The notes under the pieces were generated by a model. That model was not told the origin of the DNA. It ran no database searches and saw nothing but the letters and a program-made list of their open reading frames with translations. A DNA stretch of 63,806 nt, filler included, from Octopus bimaculoides (lineage: Eukaryota): assembly GCF_001194135.2 (NCBI RefSeq). It is 7 parts of 6 records of this genome, joined end to end, with 100 filler letters (N's around TTAATTAATTAA, not from the genome) between each part and the next. Parts side by side here need not be neighbours in the genome. Positions count along the whole stretch, not along the records: positions 11,567 to 32,093 come from NC_068994.1; 6 more parts are not named here. One strand, written 5' to 3'. The translations under genes and the position numbers were made by a program. Shown here piece after piece: positions 13,340 to 25,387 of this stretch (positions are counted from its first letter, which is position 1; each line of letters opens with the position of its first letter).

Positions 13340-14240
13340 TCTGTCTCTATATATATTATAAATGAATTAAGTAATTTAACCATAACACTACTCACTAAAA
13401 AGTTTCTTTCGTAATCCTAACATTAAAAAATATATATTTCTCCAAATATAACTGTATCAAGTAATTTAACCATAACACGTGCTTCATAACTGAAATATGT
13501 ATTGAACTCACTCTCTCACACAATATTACCTCTCATAACTCTCTACCATAAAAATGTTGAAAACTTAGTATTTTTTCAGAAATTAGTAAAATTTGTCAGA
13601 CTTATTTTCATGTCGTCGGCCCTCGGAGCTATGGAAACTTAGTGCTCCCCGACTGCATGAAAATAGATTCGACTAATTTTATTATTACGCTATTGAGAAA
13701 TCTGGATCCTCCAAAGTTTTGTAATGGAACGAGGTTAATTGTCAAGAAGATGCTTCCTCATATCTTGAAAGCAAATATCCTTACTGGTCCAAGAAAGGAG
13801 GAAAGTGTTTTAATTCCAAGAATCCTCTTAATTTTTCCAGATCTTCCTTTTGAGTTCAAAAGACTTCAGTTTCCAATGAGAGTGAACTATGCAATGTCAA
13901 TCAATAAGTCCCAAGAACAATCATTGAAAGTAACTAGGCTTCATCTCATGGAACCCTGCTTTTCTCACGGCCAACTATATGTTGGTTGTTGAAGGGTAGG
14001 GAATAGAAACAAGCTATTCATACTGACCCCAAATGGGAAGACAACAAATTTTGTTTATCATGCAGCTTTGCAATAAGTTCCAAGTCGACAAATTATATCA
14101 TTGTCTTTATAAAAATTGTTCATTGCTTGAAAAATATTGCTTAAGTTTAATGAAATTTAATATGTACTCAATGCATGAAGTGTCATTGTTGGGCCCAAGG
14201 CCCAATGAAGAGCCCTCCATAGGAACTAGCTTTTAAGCTA

Positions 14241-14241
<1 letters not shown>
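13340..14241 (+). mobile_element. Internally deleted Helitron with a PIF1-helicase C-terminal remnant
   Basis: ORF 13642-13992 has CNGTRL, QFPMRVNYAMSINKSQ and FSHGQLYV motifs of Helitron PIF1 helicases. A|TC start at 13340 and CTAG|T end at 14238-14242. Confidence 0.75.
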
Positions 14242-14277
<36 letters not shown>

Positions 14278-14521
14278 NNNNNNNNNNTATATGTATAGAG
14301 AGAGAGAGAGAGAAAGGTAGAAAAAGAGCGGTATAATTTACTATAGAACATAACTATAGATTTTTAGCCAACACTAGATGTTACAACGAATGTAAGCATT
14401 TCCTTTGTATACACAATATGCTCGCAGACAAGAAAAGAATTTATTGCATATATAGGCATACTTATATTCATTGGAAAAGTTTAAGAAGCTACTAGTGATG
14501 GCTAAGAATTTATAGATGATA

Positions 14522-15371
14522 CGAGGTGGTATCAAAAAGTTCCCGGACTAGTTCTGTAGCGCACCAACAGCTGGCAGCACATGGTTGCGTGCACAGTGAG
14601 AGCTAGCAGTGACCTTCATGAGGCAGTGTGCTGAATGACATTGCTGTATTTACTTCGCAAGTTAAGAAATTTGTGTTTTGCGATCACGTGTATGCTGTAG
14701 TCTGCGATTTTGTCATGGGCAGGAAGTTGGAACAAAGAGGCAACGTGAAATTTTGTGCTAAACTTAGGAAGCCTGTTACAGAGACATTGAGCATGCTTCA
14801 GCAAGCCTACGGCCACGAGGCAATGTTTCGAATGGCGGAAGACCGTCCTTGGAAAACGATGGGCGATCTGGAAGACCTGCCACGAGCGTCACCCCCGAAA
14901 ATGTGGAGAAAATTCATCAGCTTGTGCATGTGGATCACCGGAGGACAATCAATGACATTGCTGATGTTGTTGGTCTGTCGTATGGGTCTGTGCAGGCAAT
15001 CGTAACGTCTGAATTGAACATGCGGCGTGTCTCTGCCAAGTTTGTTCCCACCACCACCAGCTGACCACTGAGCAGAAAGAACATCGCGTCGAAGTTTGTG
15101 AAGATCTCCGTCAGTGTGCTGTTGATGACCCACCCTTCATGTCGGAGATCATCACCTAGAGTGACTAGAGTTGGGTCTATTGGTACGACCCCGAGACGAA
15201 GCGGCAGCCGTCACAATGGAAGAGCCGTTCATCTCCACTACCGAAGAAGGCATGACAGAGCCGCAGTTCAATCAAGAGCGTGATACTTCGAAGATGATAT
15301 TAAAACTTAGCTAAATAAGTAATTTTTTTTATTAAACACAACTAGTCTGGGAACCTTTTGATATCACCTTT
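14522..15371 (+). mobile_element. Internally deleted mariner transposon (transposase pseudogene from 14715 to about 15278)
   Basis: About 32-bp TIRs CGAGGTGGTATCAAAAAGTTCCCGGACTAGTT and its reverse complement, TA on the left. EQRxNVKFC, RSGRP, AKFVP and YDPETK motifs are split by frameshifts; the catalytic C-terminal half is missing. Confidence 0.85.
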
Positions 15372-15412
15372 CATATGTTTTGTTGTCCACCATAATGATG
15401 AAATGAAACTCT

Positions 15413-15799
15413 TTTAGGAGAGTGGGTTATATATCTTTAGATATACACCTAACTCTCCTACATTAAATTGGAAGAGAACCGAACGCAGAAACTCCAAACT
15501 GATCAACAACAACAAATATTTATTGTTCGGTGGAAAAGGTAAACAGCTTCTAATTGTCCGGTTTTAGAGTAGCCTGAAATGTAGATGTACGGTTCTTCGT
15601 GCTGGTGTCTTTATAGAGACAACTTGGTTCAACCACACTCAAATGGGAGAGCTTGCTTAGACGTCTTGCTTGGTCGCTGTCTGCCTTGGTAAGAGACAGA
15701 ATCGAAGCGGGAACGCTTCGATGTTTAAACCCACGCATGCGTGGTTAAGGATTCAGCAATGGCGCCTATGCTTTTTGGCGCTAATATGACGTCACTACA
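15413..15799 (-). mobile_element. Solo LTR, hairpin-ended family (divergent copy 2)
   Basis: Starts TGTAGTGACG on the minus strand, has the same terminal hairpin, and a 4-bp TSD CTCT. Confidence 0.6.
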
Positions 15800-16389
15800 C
15801 TCTATTAAAAAAACAGTAACTTAATGTTTAATTAACTACCCCCACCTCAAAATGTTCAATACGCAAATCTGTCGAACCAGTTTACTTTAGCCTTTAATAT
15901 TAATGCGTTTATTAGGCGGTGAACTGGCTGAATCGTTAGCACACCGGACAAAATGCTCAGCGGCATTTCGACCGCATTTAATGGACATCGTACTTCTTAT
16001 ACAAGCCTCATACCTTGCACCTTTCACTCGGAAAGGGAATCTTTATGACGTCAGCAGAGATAGTAGCTTCTTAAACTTTTCCGCACGTTCTTACTCAGGT
16101 GACACTGCTTCAAGAATACCCTTTTCCATTGTTAATTTGGTCACCTAGGTCCTGGAAACGACTTCGAAGAAGCCCTCTGAATATTTGATACAAATTATGT
16201 TATGGATGCTCCTACTACTAATTAATAATCCTGTACACCTAATATATACGAAGCCCTTCTTTTCAGTTAGCCTGCTTGTGATCTCATGTCATCTCTTCTG
16301 TATCTATAGTTTACATTGGTTACAACATATAGACAGCCTGCACGCTCCTTTTCTATACACTGGACACTTACATGTTTCTCTTTAACTAA

Positions 16390-17273
16390 AACTTTTGTTG
16401 TTACTAGGTTTAGTTTTGGATTTCTTTATTTCAAGTTTTTCGTTCACGTTTAGAATTTCCTCACAATTGCTTCGGCAGATCCAGCATTGAGAACTAGGTC
16501 ATGCGCAGACGGAAGTTCCCAAGGAGAACCTTTATTAAAGCCTGAAGTGCAGTAATAAACAGGAGGAGCTGAGAACCGAGATCTGATGGTATTTATCTGC
16601 ATGTTAACTTCCTCGCTATACTCATTATTGACTTTCATCTTGCTGATCGCACCTCTGTACTTATCTGCTTAGGAAAAGTATATTTGTGGTATTCTGACTT
16701 AGCATAATTCCTCTTAGCAAATTTTCTTCCTAATTAGTTACGCATTAGCTTTTTCTGTTACTTTCATAACTTTGTCCATCAGTTTGCTGTTGTTGTAATT
16801 ATTTCTACTGGAGAGCATCTCCTTTGCCTTTATTGTAGCTAATGATGGTATTGCTACGTTAGTCATGTTCATTTATGCCAGCAACTAGTGCGGGTTCAAC
16901 TTCGCCGTCTCAGCTACTACTTAGTTACCGTCTCAGCAACTACTCAGCTTCAGAGTCTCAGCTACTATATCTAATTGTCCGACTACTTTTCCTGTGTTCT
17001 TATACATATAATCAATTCGTCTGATTCGTCTGTACAACAGTCAATTTTAATAGTTTGGTTCTTCTTTTGGGTCTGCTTGGAGTAATCCCTTTCTCTCTCC
17101 TATGCTTTCTTCCCCTCAGTAGCCTCTAGTAATAGCTTTTCTATGCTTTTTCTCTTCGTCGGTGAGAAGAGTGAGTTGCTATCATTACATACAAACTTCT
17201 CAGCCACGACGTTCTGATTCATACACTGCTCTGCAGTTTGCAATACCTCTGATCGTCATGTCGCAGAACTTTG

Positions 17274-17312
<39 letters not shown>

Positions 17313-17354
17313 CCCTCTCTCTCTCTCTCTCAGTCTATCTATCTCTCTTTCTCT

Positions 17355-17386
<32 letters not shown>

Positions 17387-17730
17387 CTAAGTACATCTAA
17401 ATAAATGACAAGATTTACTTTTAACTACCTTATCATTTACTTTGCTCCGTATATTCTTCCAGTCTTTCCAGGCCTATCTCTTACCTTTATTGTTCTATCT
17501 ACCGTATCATTTCATCATCATCTAGCCTTCTATTTCGCTGTAACGATGTCCTTCCTCAGTTCACGAAGGATTGTGTGAGAAGTCTTTATCTCCTTTACTT
17601 TCTCAACTTATACGCTTCTTAGCATTTACATCTGTGTGAGGGATTCATCAATTTCCGCATCTTTCTCCTGATTGTTTTGTGTTGTACTGAGTGTTGAATA
17701 CCTCAGATCGTGTATTGCTATTCGTTTCAC
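16390..17730 (-). mobile_element. Decayed RTE-clade LINE, RT region
   Basis: Minus-strand translations GSPWELPSAHDLVL (cf. PWELLYADDL), KLMDKVMKVTE and WNDTVDRTI..AWKDWKN; interrupted by a (CT)n tract. Confidence 0.7.
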
Positions 17731-19958
17731 AGGTATGTTTTAAAATTACACTCACTCACTCACACACACACACACACACATACACATACATACATAAAGA
17801 GAGTTGATGTATAAACATCAAAAATAAATCCACGGTAATTAAGAACTTGATTAACAACAGGTCGTTAAACTCCAACAAGCTAATAACATAACAGTAAATC
17901 CAGGCGGGATCGATTTGCATGTATTTACATAGTACAGGTCTGCGAAATGGGACTTTTTGAAAATTGTTTTGACAATTGTAAATTACTTTATATATTTTTG
18001 TGGTGCTATATCGTAATATGAAAAAAAGCTCTTTCCCATTATCTAAGGTTTTCTCACAATTTGACGATAAAATATACCACAATTTGTAGATAACTCTACA
18101 TATGGTAGGACAAAATGAAACCAATAAAAATGAATAAAATGGCACAAATGCAACTGAAAGGTGAGAAAATGGGGGTTTTTTCACGGCTTCTATTCATTTT
18201 TTAGGTTCAGCACCTAAAAATTTCTTTTTTACTAGGAAACTATGCCTTGAACTCTTTCGATCGTGAGCATTTGATGGGCATTCGCGATGCAACATCTGGC
18301 AGTAGTTCGCCATCATACTGACGTTCCCTCTCCCCTGATATCTTCTTTTCATCTTTTTATGTCTTGATAAAACCTGCTCCTCGCTCACAGCCCCCAGATT
18401 TTCTGGAAAGAAATCCACATGTTCATGTAGGAAATGAACATTAATGCTCATTTTACATCCTAAGGCCTCGAACTTTTCCAGCATTCTTCCCACTGTCTTT
18501 GTAGTTTGGTTCCTTGAGATTGCCAAAGAAGTTCTTCATCACATCTTTAAAACTAACCCATGCATCTTTTTCAAAATCACTGAGTTTTCAAATTTTCATC
18601 CTTGACAAGTTTCCTTATATCTGGTCCTACAAATACACCCTCTTCAACCTTGGTGTCTGATAGAGCAGGAAACTTACTATTCAAATATTTGAAGCCCTCT
18701 CCATCTTGTGGCTAAGCTTTTACGAATTGCTTCACGAGGCCAAGTTTTATGTGTAGAGGAGGTAAAAGAGCCCTTTTCAGATCAACTAAACTTTCTCAAA
18801 AGATATTCTTTGTTCCTGGTGTAAACGTAAGCCTACTTTTTTTTTTAGATCAATGGAGGTTCCTGGCTCTACTGTCCCTTTAACAGAAGAAACAAGGTAG
18901 TTTTGTGTAGCCTGACTGTTGTCCAGGCAACATTCAAATTATTTTCAAGTCGCCGCGAATCATCCAGTTGTGACCTTTGAATTTAATCTTGTGTAAGAAT
19001 GACACTAAATTTTTATATTTTTCCTTCGTGATCACTGAATGCCCAACAGGGATAGAAGCATATTCATTATCGTTATGCAGTAGAACAGCTTTTAGACGTT
19101 TCTTTGAAGAGTCAATACAGAGCCTCCATTTATAAAGGTTGTAACTTATGCCTTACTTTCCTAATAGTCTTGATGGATCAACAAGCAATCCAAATCATTT
19201 TCTTGAGCGAAATAAGGAACAAATTCTTTTTTTGCGGTTTACGATATCAATAGGATGATGTGCGACGAGCTAAAAGATTCTTCGATTTAAGTCTGGAACC
19301 TAAAAGCTGTGTTGACTCTTTTGCGAGCCCTAAGTCCCTCACTAGATTATTTAATTCACACTAATTGAATTGTAGAGGTTCTTCACCTTCACCGCTATTG
19401 AAGTCTTCCTCATTATCGTTCTTTCTGTCTTCTGACTAAGAACTCAAGTATATGTCTTCAAGGTTTCTTGTTGGTGATTGAAGTAGAACGTCTGGTCCAT
19501 GGGAAACAGGTCGCAACGCAGGTGGGGCATTTAGATAAACAATGTTTTTCTCACTATTCGAATTGTGTCCCTGCACCTTACGTGAGAAAAAGTGGCAGTC
19601 ATCACTGTGATTTTTAGGCTCTCTCCATATCATTGGGACCCGAAAACGAAAAGACTTTTTTGTACATTTTGTTCATTGTCTTAGTTCTTCAAATATTGAA
19701 TATGCCTGAGGAACCCACTTCTTATCTTGGTCTCCTAATTTCACATCAAATTAGACATAGTAAGATTTTTTGACAAGTTTGGTGATGTTTCTCTGATGTC
19801 TTGTAGTCATAAACTCGCCACAAATGTAACAAAAGTTACAAATGTAACCAAAGTTACAGCCTTGCTTCAAATGATGTGGAGGTCTGTAAGGAAAGGGGAA
19901 GGGGACATTTTTAACAGCATATATTTGATTTGCTATCTAAATATATACGTAATACCAT

Positions 19959-21114
19959 TGTAGTGTACATTCGGGTGAAATTCCTCTCTCCCCTTTATTA
20001 TATATACGTACATTCGAACGTAGCAGATAACAGCTAGCCTTTAGCCGTTATTTAGACCCCCTTGTCTTCACTACACTGATTGGCTGGTATTGGCGCAATT
20101 TGTCGCTTGCTCTGTCGTGCCGATATGCAGCGTATAACTACTCGGAGCCCCTAAATAAGATCACGTGAGACAGCCTGTTCTCAGCCCAGTTTGAGCCTAC
20201 TGTTCCTAATAAAAACTCGTCTCGAGGTCTTTGGTTCCAGACCTTTTAAGGTCTAGCCACTGACCACATAAGACACAGCCAGTTCCAGCGACCACGCCAG
20301 ACGACACATCCGTTCAACAGCAACACGCCCAGGTTTCAACACAGCACTGTTCGTGAAATAACTTCACCATGGATCAACAGCAAATATACAACCTGCGAGC
20401 TAGATGACAACACCCGTCCAACAGCATTACGGCAATATCTTTCTTCGTCGCCACCTTCTTTACGTCGTCAATATCATCTCTCTGCGGCGCCATCTTCTTA
20501 ACGTCGTCAACATCATCTCTCTACTTACACAGCAACCAGCATCACGCCCAGGTTTCAGTACTGCACTGTTTGCGAATTACTTCACCATGGATTAACAGCG
20601 AATATACAACCTGCAAGAATTTCTGTACCAAGTGACCCAGGCAGCAGCATTACAGCCACAACTTCGTTCGACATGTACCGCAACTCCGGCTCCGCATCAT
20701 CGCAGCAACTTCTTGATACATTATTTCAATTACCGTGTACAATTGACTACGAACTGGTATTTCTCATTCTTGTGTCTATGAACATTCGTCTAACTTCTCA
20801 TTATAGACTCTTTCATTGTCTCCTTCTTCATTGCTATTCTTATATGTACTTAACGCACACACATACATCCATGCCTATACACACATACACTTTGTTCTCA
20901 TGACGGCCTGTCTATTATTCGGTATACATGACGCACACATGTTAATATATCGATAAATTTTCTCTTAAACATTCTGTTCGGTTATGTCTCTCCCTTTCCC
21001 CTCTGGTACACATATATGTATTATTCCAGGTTTCTGAACAGAGTCGTTATTAGATGGTTTCACCCCGTGAGACCCCGACCATCTATACCATTAAAGAAAC
21101 ATTGAAATGTAACA
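19959..21114 (+). mobile_element. LTR-like insertion with internal duplications
   Basis: Begins TGT and ends TGTAACA, AATAAA near 20208, duplicated blocks at 20300-20640. It interrupts the Chapaev element; no TSD seen. Confidence 0.4.
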
Positions 21115-21122
21115 TATGATAC

Positions 21123-21517
21123 TATAGTAGAGAGTGGGTTATACATCTTTAGATGTATACCTGACTTTCCTACTATAAAATTAAAGAATATAACGGAACG
21201 CTGAACTCCAGACTATCAACTTAAACAACATTTATTCAGGTGGTAAATATATACATCTTTAGTTCTTGTTGTTACAGCTTCTGTTGTTGGGACGTTGTTA
21301 TGTAGGTGTGAGCGAGCTGTCGAGCGTAAGTCCGAAAGATGTAGAGAGACAGCTTAACACGTAAAGAGGCTGTCTCCAGAGTTCAAATGTTAGAGACACT
21401 CTTGACACGTCCATTGCTCTATGCTGGCCAGCAAGAAAGAGAATGAATTGAGCGGGAACGCTTGGTTGTTTAATTCTACGCATGCGTGAGACTACGCATG
21501 CGCACGGCGTTATTACA
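21123..21517 (-). mobile_element. Solo LTR, hairpin-ended family (copy 3)
   Basis: 4-bp TSD ATAC at 21119-21122 and 21518-21521; TGTAATAACG start and AATAAA on the minus strand. Confidence 0.7.
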
Positions 21518-22218
21518 ATACAATAAAATAAGGTATATAGCATATATACGTTGAAAAAAGGCATGAGGAAATAACTGACATTAAAAAAAAAGAAAGAAAC
21601 GTTTTAACAAACAACGTGACCTTGTAAAACACTTATTTTTCTCTTCATTGTTTTCGGCTGGCTGAAGCTACAGTGATGCAGACACCTCTTTGTGCGGCTG
21701 GGGCGGTCTAAGCATTGCCAGATGCTTAGTTTTCAAAATTACGCCTATTAATTATACTGCCATAGTCTAAATATCGCAATTAATAGTAATAATAAAAGGC
21801 ATTAGTCAAATTCAAACATAATGGTAAAATGCAATGACCGATTTTGTGAAGAAAATATATGTGATAGGACCGTTTATTTGGAATTTTTTTAATCAGCAGG
21901 TAAAAATTGATCAAGTTCACCCAATAAATGTGAAACAACTTTTTGGCCGCAGACCTGTGCAATCGGTCAAAACGATCTTATAAAGCAACATATTTAGAAT
22001 AAAAACAGTAAAGCATACATTTCACATGTAATTCATACTTAAGTCGTGTTCAACAGTTGTTTCATTTGGATAAACATTGATAATTTCATGATTACGTATT
22101 GCTTTATATAATTAACTAGATTAAATTAATTTAAAATATATACTTTTCTGCTTTTATACATATTATAGTTGTATTATGTTTAACATTTTGAATAATTAAT
22201 TCTTTCTGTCTAGTTTTG

Positions 22219-22433
22219 CAATTTTTGGCACAGGGCCTGCAATTTCGAAGGAAGGCAGCAAGTCGACTCCAGTATTTGACTGGTACTTTATCAATCCTGA
22301 AAGGATGAAAGGCAAAGTTAACCTCAGCGATATTTGAATTCTGAATATTTATATTCTGAGCCTTAAGCATTGTATTCTGAGCTGCTAAGCATTTTCTTCA
22401 AAGTTCTAATGATTCTGCCAGTTCGCCGCCTTA
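22219..22433 (-). mobile_element. Family M SINE
   Basis: TAAGGCGGCGAACTGGCAGAATC head and GCCTTTCATCCTTTC body on the minus strand. Confidence 0.7.
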
Positions 22434-22615
22434 ACACTATGAATAATTGGCTAGAGAAAGAATTATCTTAACAATATTTATTAACAACACTAAGCATTTT
22501 AAATATACATAATATGCAATATATTGTATGTATGTGTCAGAGGGATATGGTGTTACAAATTATCACGTAGGTCATTGAATAAAAGATATGAGATGCTGGT
22601 GGTTGGTTTTGGTTC

Positions 22616-23264
22616 TGTTGTGGTAAATAAGCACAAACGGTCGAGAACAATTTTATAGAAACTTTATTCACCGCACAAAATATTTTCCATGATGGTCTTG
22701 AATTCAAAATACAGCAACAAAGTTTACACAGTGGAAAGACAATTCGTTATTACAAAAGAGCTGGTTAAGTCGGCTCACGCTGGATTCATGACTGTAAAAC
22801 TGTAACTGTTATCTACTCGAATAAGGAGTCGTTAGAACGACTGATAAATGCTGCAAACTGAGAATGTGGTTTTCAAAGAGGCGGTTCTGATAATGTAAAA
22901 TTTGGCACCCAAAGCAAGTTTATGTATAAGCCTTGTTAGGAGACGTTCTAGAACAGTGCTCCGCAACCGATATGCCGCGGTACACTGGTGTGCTAGGTGT
23001 GTTGCAGTGTAAACTGAGTATAATTTTTTTCCCTTATACTTTTAGTTATATTTTTGGTTTAGGTGTGCTGCCGAATTTTGCAAAGAGTATAAGTGTACCG
23101 CTAGTGAAAAAGGTTGCAGAGCATTGTTCTAGAAGATTCTAGAAAGTTGTATCGTGATGTCTCGATGCTGATTGGTAAGTTAATCGGCTGATCACATGAA
23201 ATGGCTGTTACTAAGCCACGGCCTTTATTTGGCACTTTGTCGATTCGGTTTCAAATCTGCTACA
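22616..23264 (-). mobile_element. Solo LTR interrupted by a hAT MITE
   Basis: TGT...ACA ends, AATAAA on the minus strand, and a TTCTAGAA motif shared with neighbouring LTRs. Confidence 0.55.
22954..23126. mobile_element. hAT MITE, 173 bp
   Basis: TIRs CAGTGCTCCGCAACC / GGTTGCAGAGCATTG; perfect 8-bp TSD TTCTAGAA. Confidence 0.85.
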
Positions 23265-23316
23265 CATGTTATGTATGTGAGAAATAATGAAGTGTCAGAA
23301 GAGAGGAAATGTTTCA

Positions 23317-23623
23317 TGTTACAATTAACAATTACTACAGAAATAATCTCATTGAGAGAAAATTGAGAAATGAAGGTTATTTTATTAAACATGGGTCTAA
23401 ATGCACATGGTCTCCGACTGTAGTAAGAAAGGTCCTTCGGGAGAGTTGAATTCGAGGGTTTTTATAAGCCCGCCAAGGCGTTCTAGAATGTTCCATAAGA
23501 TCTTAAGAAGGCAAAAATTAAAGTTTTCGTTTTTGATTGTCACTACCATTCACCAACTGACGTCACAGATGACTATACTACTAAATTCACCAACAACGAT
23601 TATCTTTGGTCAATATTACCACA
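23317..23623 (-). mobile_element. Solo LTR, 307 bp
   Basis: TGTGGTAAT...GTAACA on the minus strand with TATAAAA; flanks TTTCA and TATCA. Homologous to 27835-28137 in the opposite orientation. Confidence 0.6.
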
Positions 23624-23627
23624 TATC

Positions 23628-23835
23628 AAGGCGGCGAGCTGGCAGACAGGCAAAATGCTAAGCAGCATTTCGTTCCGTCTTCACGTTCTGAGTTCAAATT
23701 CCACCGCGGTCGACTTTGCCTTTCATCTTTTCGGTGTCAATGAAATAAGTACCAGTTGAACACTGGGGTCAATGTAATTGACTTACCCACTCCCGCCGAA
23801 ATTGCTGGCCGTGTGCCAAAATTTGAAATCGATAA
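23628..23835 (+). mobile_element. Family M SINE
   Basis: Head, body and tail match the other copies. Confidence 0.8.
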
Positions 23836-24144
23836 TACCACATATAGTAGTACTGTTCGCCTGTGATTTTGGCTTTCAAATTTAAACATTCCAGGTTCGA
23901 ATTTGAGAAAAGCTACAGGAATCTTATCGCAGTGCATTCATTCAAGACAAATGAACGACACCAAGGAATTAGACCAAGTGTACATTCGAGTTTGTAGTGA
24001 AAGCAATGACATATAACAATAAACAAGCACTATGAATTAAATATATGAATATTAATTAGCAGTCAAGAAAAATGAAATTCTTCGTCTCAGTTCATTCAGT
24101 TAGGGATTGTTAGAAAATTGTTTTTGGAAGAAATAGTTATTTGC

Positions 24145-24290
24145 GGAGTGGTTGGTGTGAAGAAGGGCATCTAGCCGTAAAAACCTTGCCAAAACAGACA
24201 CAGTAGCCTGGTGGGGTAGTCGTCTACCTGGCTAGCTCGTGTCTAACCGTCCAGCCCATGCCTGCATGGAAGGCGGACGTTAAGCGATGG
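24145..24290 (+). mobile_element. Degenerate family N SINE, 3' part
   Basis: GAAGGGCATCTAGCCGTAAAA and GGACGTTAAGCGATG motifs. Confidence 0.6.
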
Positions 24291-24935
24291 TAAATGCACC
24301 AAAACGTAATGTTATCAAATTGTTCAGGTGTAAATTGCTTCAGTCTTCATTGACTGTTATATAAATATGTGTGAATGTTTACAGTTTTTCTAGTGTGTGT
24401 GTGTGCATCATTTAAATAAACAGTTGTATGTAACATATTTCTACATGTCTAGCAGGCCAATGCATTCTGCTACTGATTTTGGTAGTAATAGTTTTCTGTG
24501 CATCTTTGAATTGTATTTTAATAGAAATTTTGTATGTGAAGTAGCGAGTTGGCTTGCGAGTGAAGAGACCAAATCAATAAAAGCTTTTCTTAATCTGTCG
24601 GTGCTGACCGTTTCTTTTTTCCTATGCACATCAATCACAAAATATTTCGAATTAACATGCAAAACACGATAGAGTCCATTATAAGCGGTACGCTACAGCT
24701 TTGTACTATAAACATGAGACCAACCCACTAATATCAGCAGGAACGTATCTTTTAACAGTTTGTTGCCTTGCTATTGTTTTTAGCAAATTAGATTTATGCT
24801 GTCGCAAGTTACGCACATAACTGGCCTCCTCACATGTGGGAATTCCCAACCACCTCTCCAGTAGAATCAATGTGATAATTCTGCTGGATTTAAAAACCAA
24901 GACCCGCTTTAACCGATGATCTGATACCGAATAAT

Positions 24936-25142
24936 GTTGGTTTCAAATTTTGGCACAAGACCAGCAATTTGGGGTGAGGGGACAAGTCGATTACATCGAC
25001 CTCAGTACCCGACTAGTACTTTTTTTATCGACCCCAACAGGATGACGGTCAAAGTGGACCTCGACAGAACTTGAACTCAGATCGTAAATGGCGCTGAGCA
25101 TTTTGCCCGGCGCGGTAATGATTCTGCTAGCTCACTCTCTTA
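24936..25142 (-). mobile_element. Family M SINE (left member of an inverted pair)
   Basis: TSD GATACCGA(A/C)TAAT at 24923-24935 and 25143-25155. Confidence 0.8.
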
Positions 25143-25170
25143 GATACCGACTAATATTATCGGTAGATAT

Positions 25171-25387
25171 AAGGGCGGCGAGCTAGCAGAATCGTTATCG
25201 CGTAAGGCAAAATGCTTTGCGGCATTTCGTCCGTCTTCACGTTCTGAGTACAAATTCCGCCGAGGTCGACCTTGCCTTTCATCCTTTCGGAGTCAATAAA
25301 ATAAGTACCAGTTCAGCAATGGAGTCGGTGTAGTTGATTCACTACCTTTCCCGAAATTGCTGGCCTTGTGCCAAAATTTGAAATTAG
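25171..25387 (+). mobile_element. Family M SINE (right member of an inverted pair)
   Basis: TSD TATTATCGG(T/C)AGATAT at 25155-25170 and 25388-25403. Confidence 0.85.

Larger units (their letters stand above)
17933..21959 (-). mobile_element. Chapaev3-type (CMC) DNA transposon, pseudogenised, with two nested insertions
   Basis: Minus-strand FCYICGE..KLGDQDK, MIWREPKNHSDDC, PPLHIKLGLVKQF and HFLHEHVDFFPENLGAVS..RYQG motifs. Terminal inverted repeat ACAGGTCTGCG at both ends. Confidence 0.75.

Noticed and set aside
13642-13992. Host PIF1 helicase gene
   Set aside because: Only the C-terminal motifs, no exon structure, bounded by Helitron termini.
17756-18184. 142-aa minus-strand ORF
   Set aside because: Spans the Chapaev 3' non-coding end and a CA repeat; AT-rich chance ORF.
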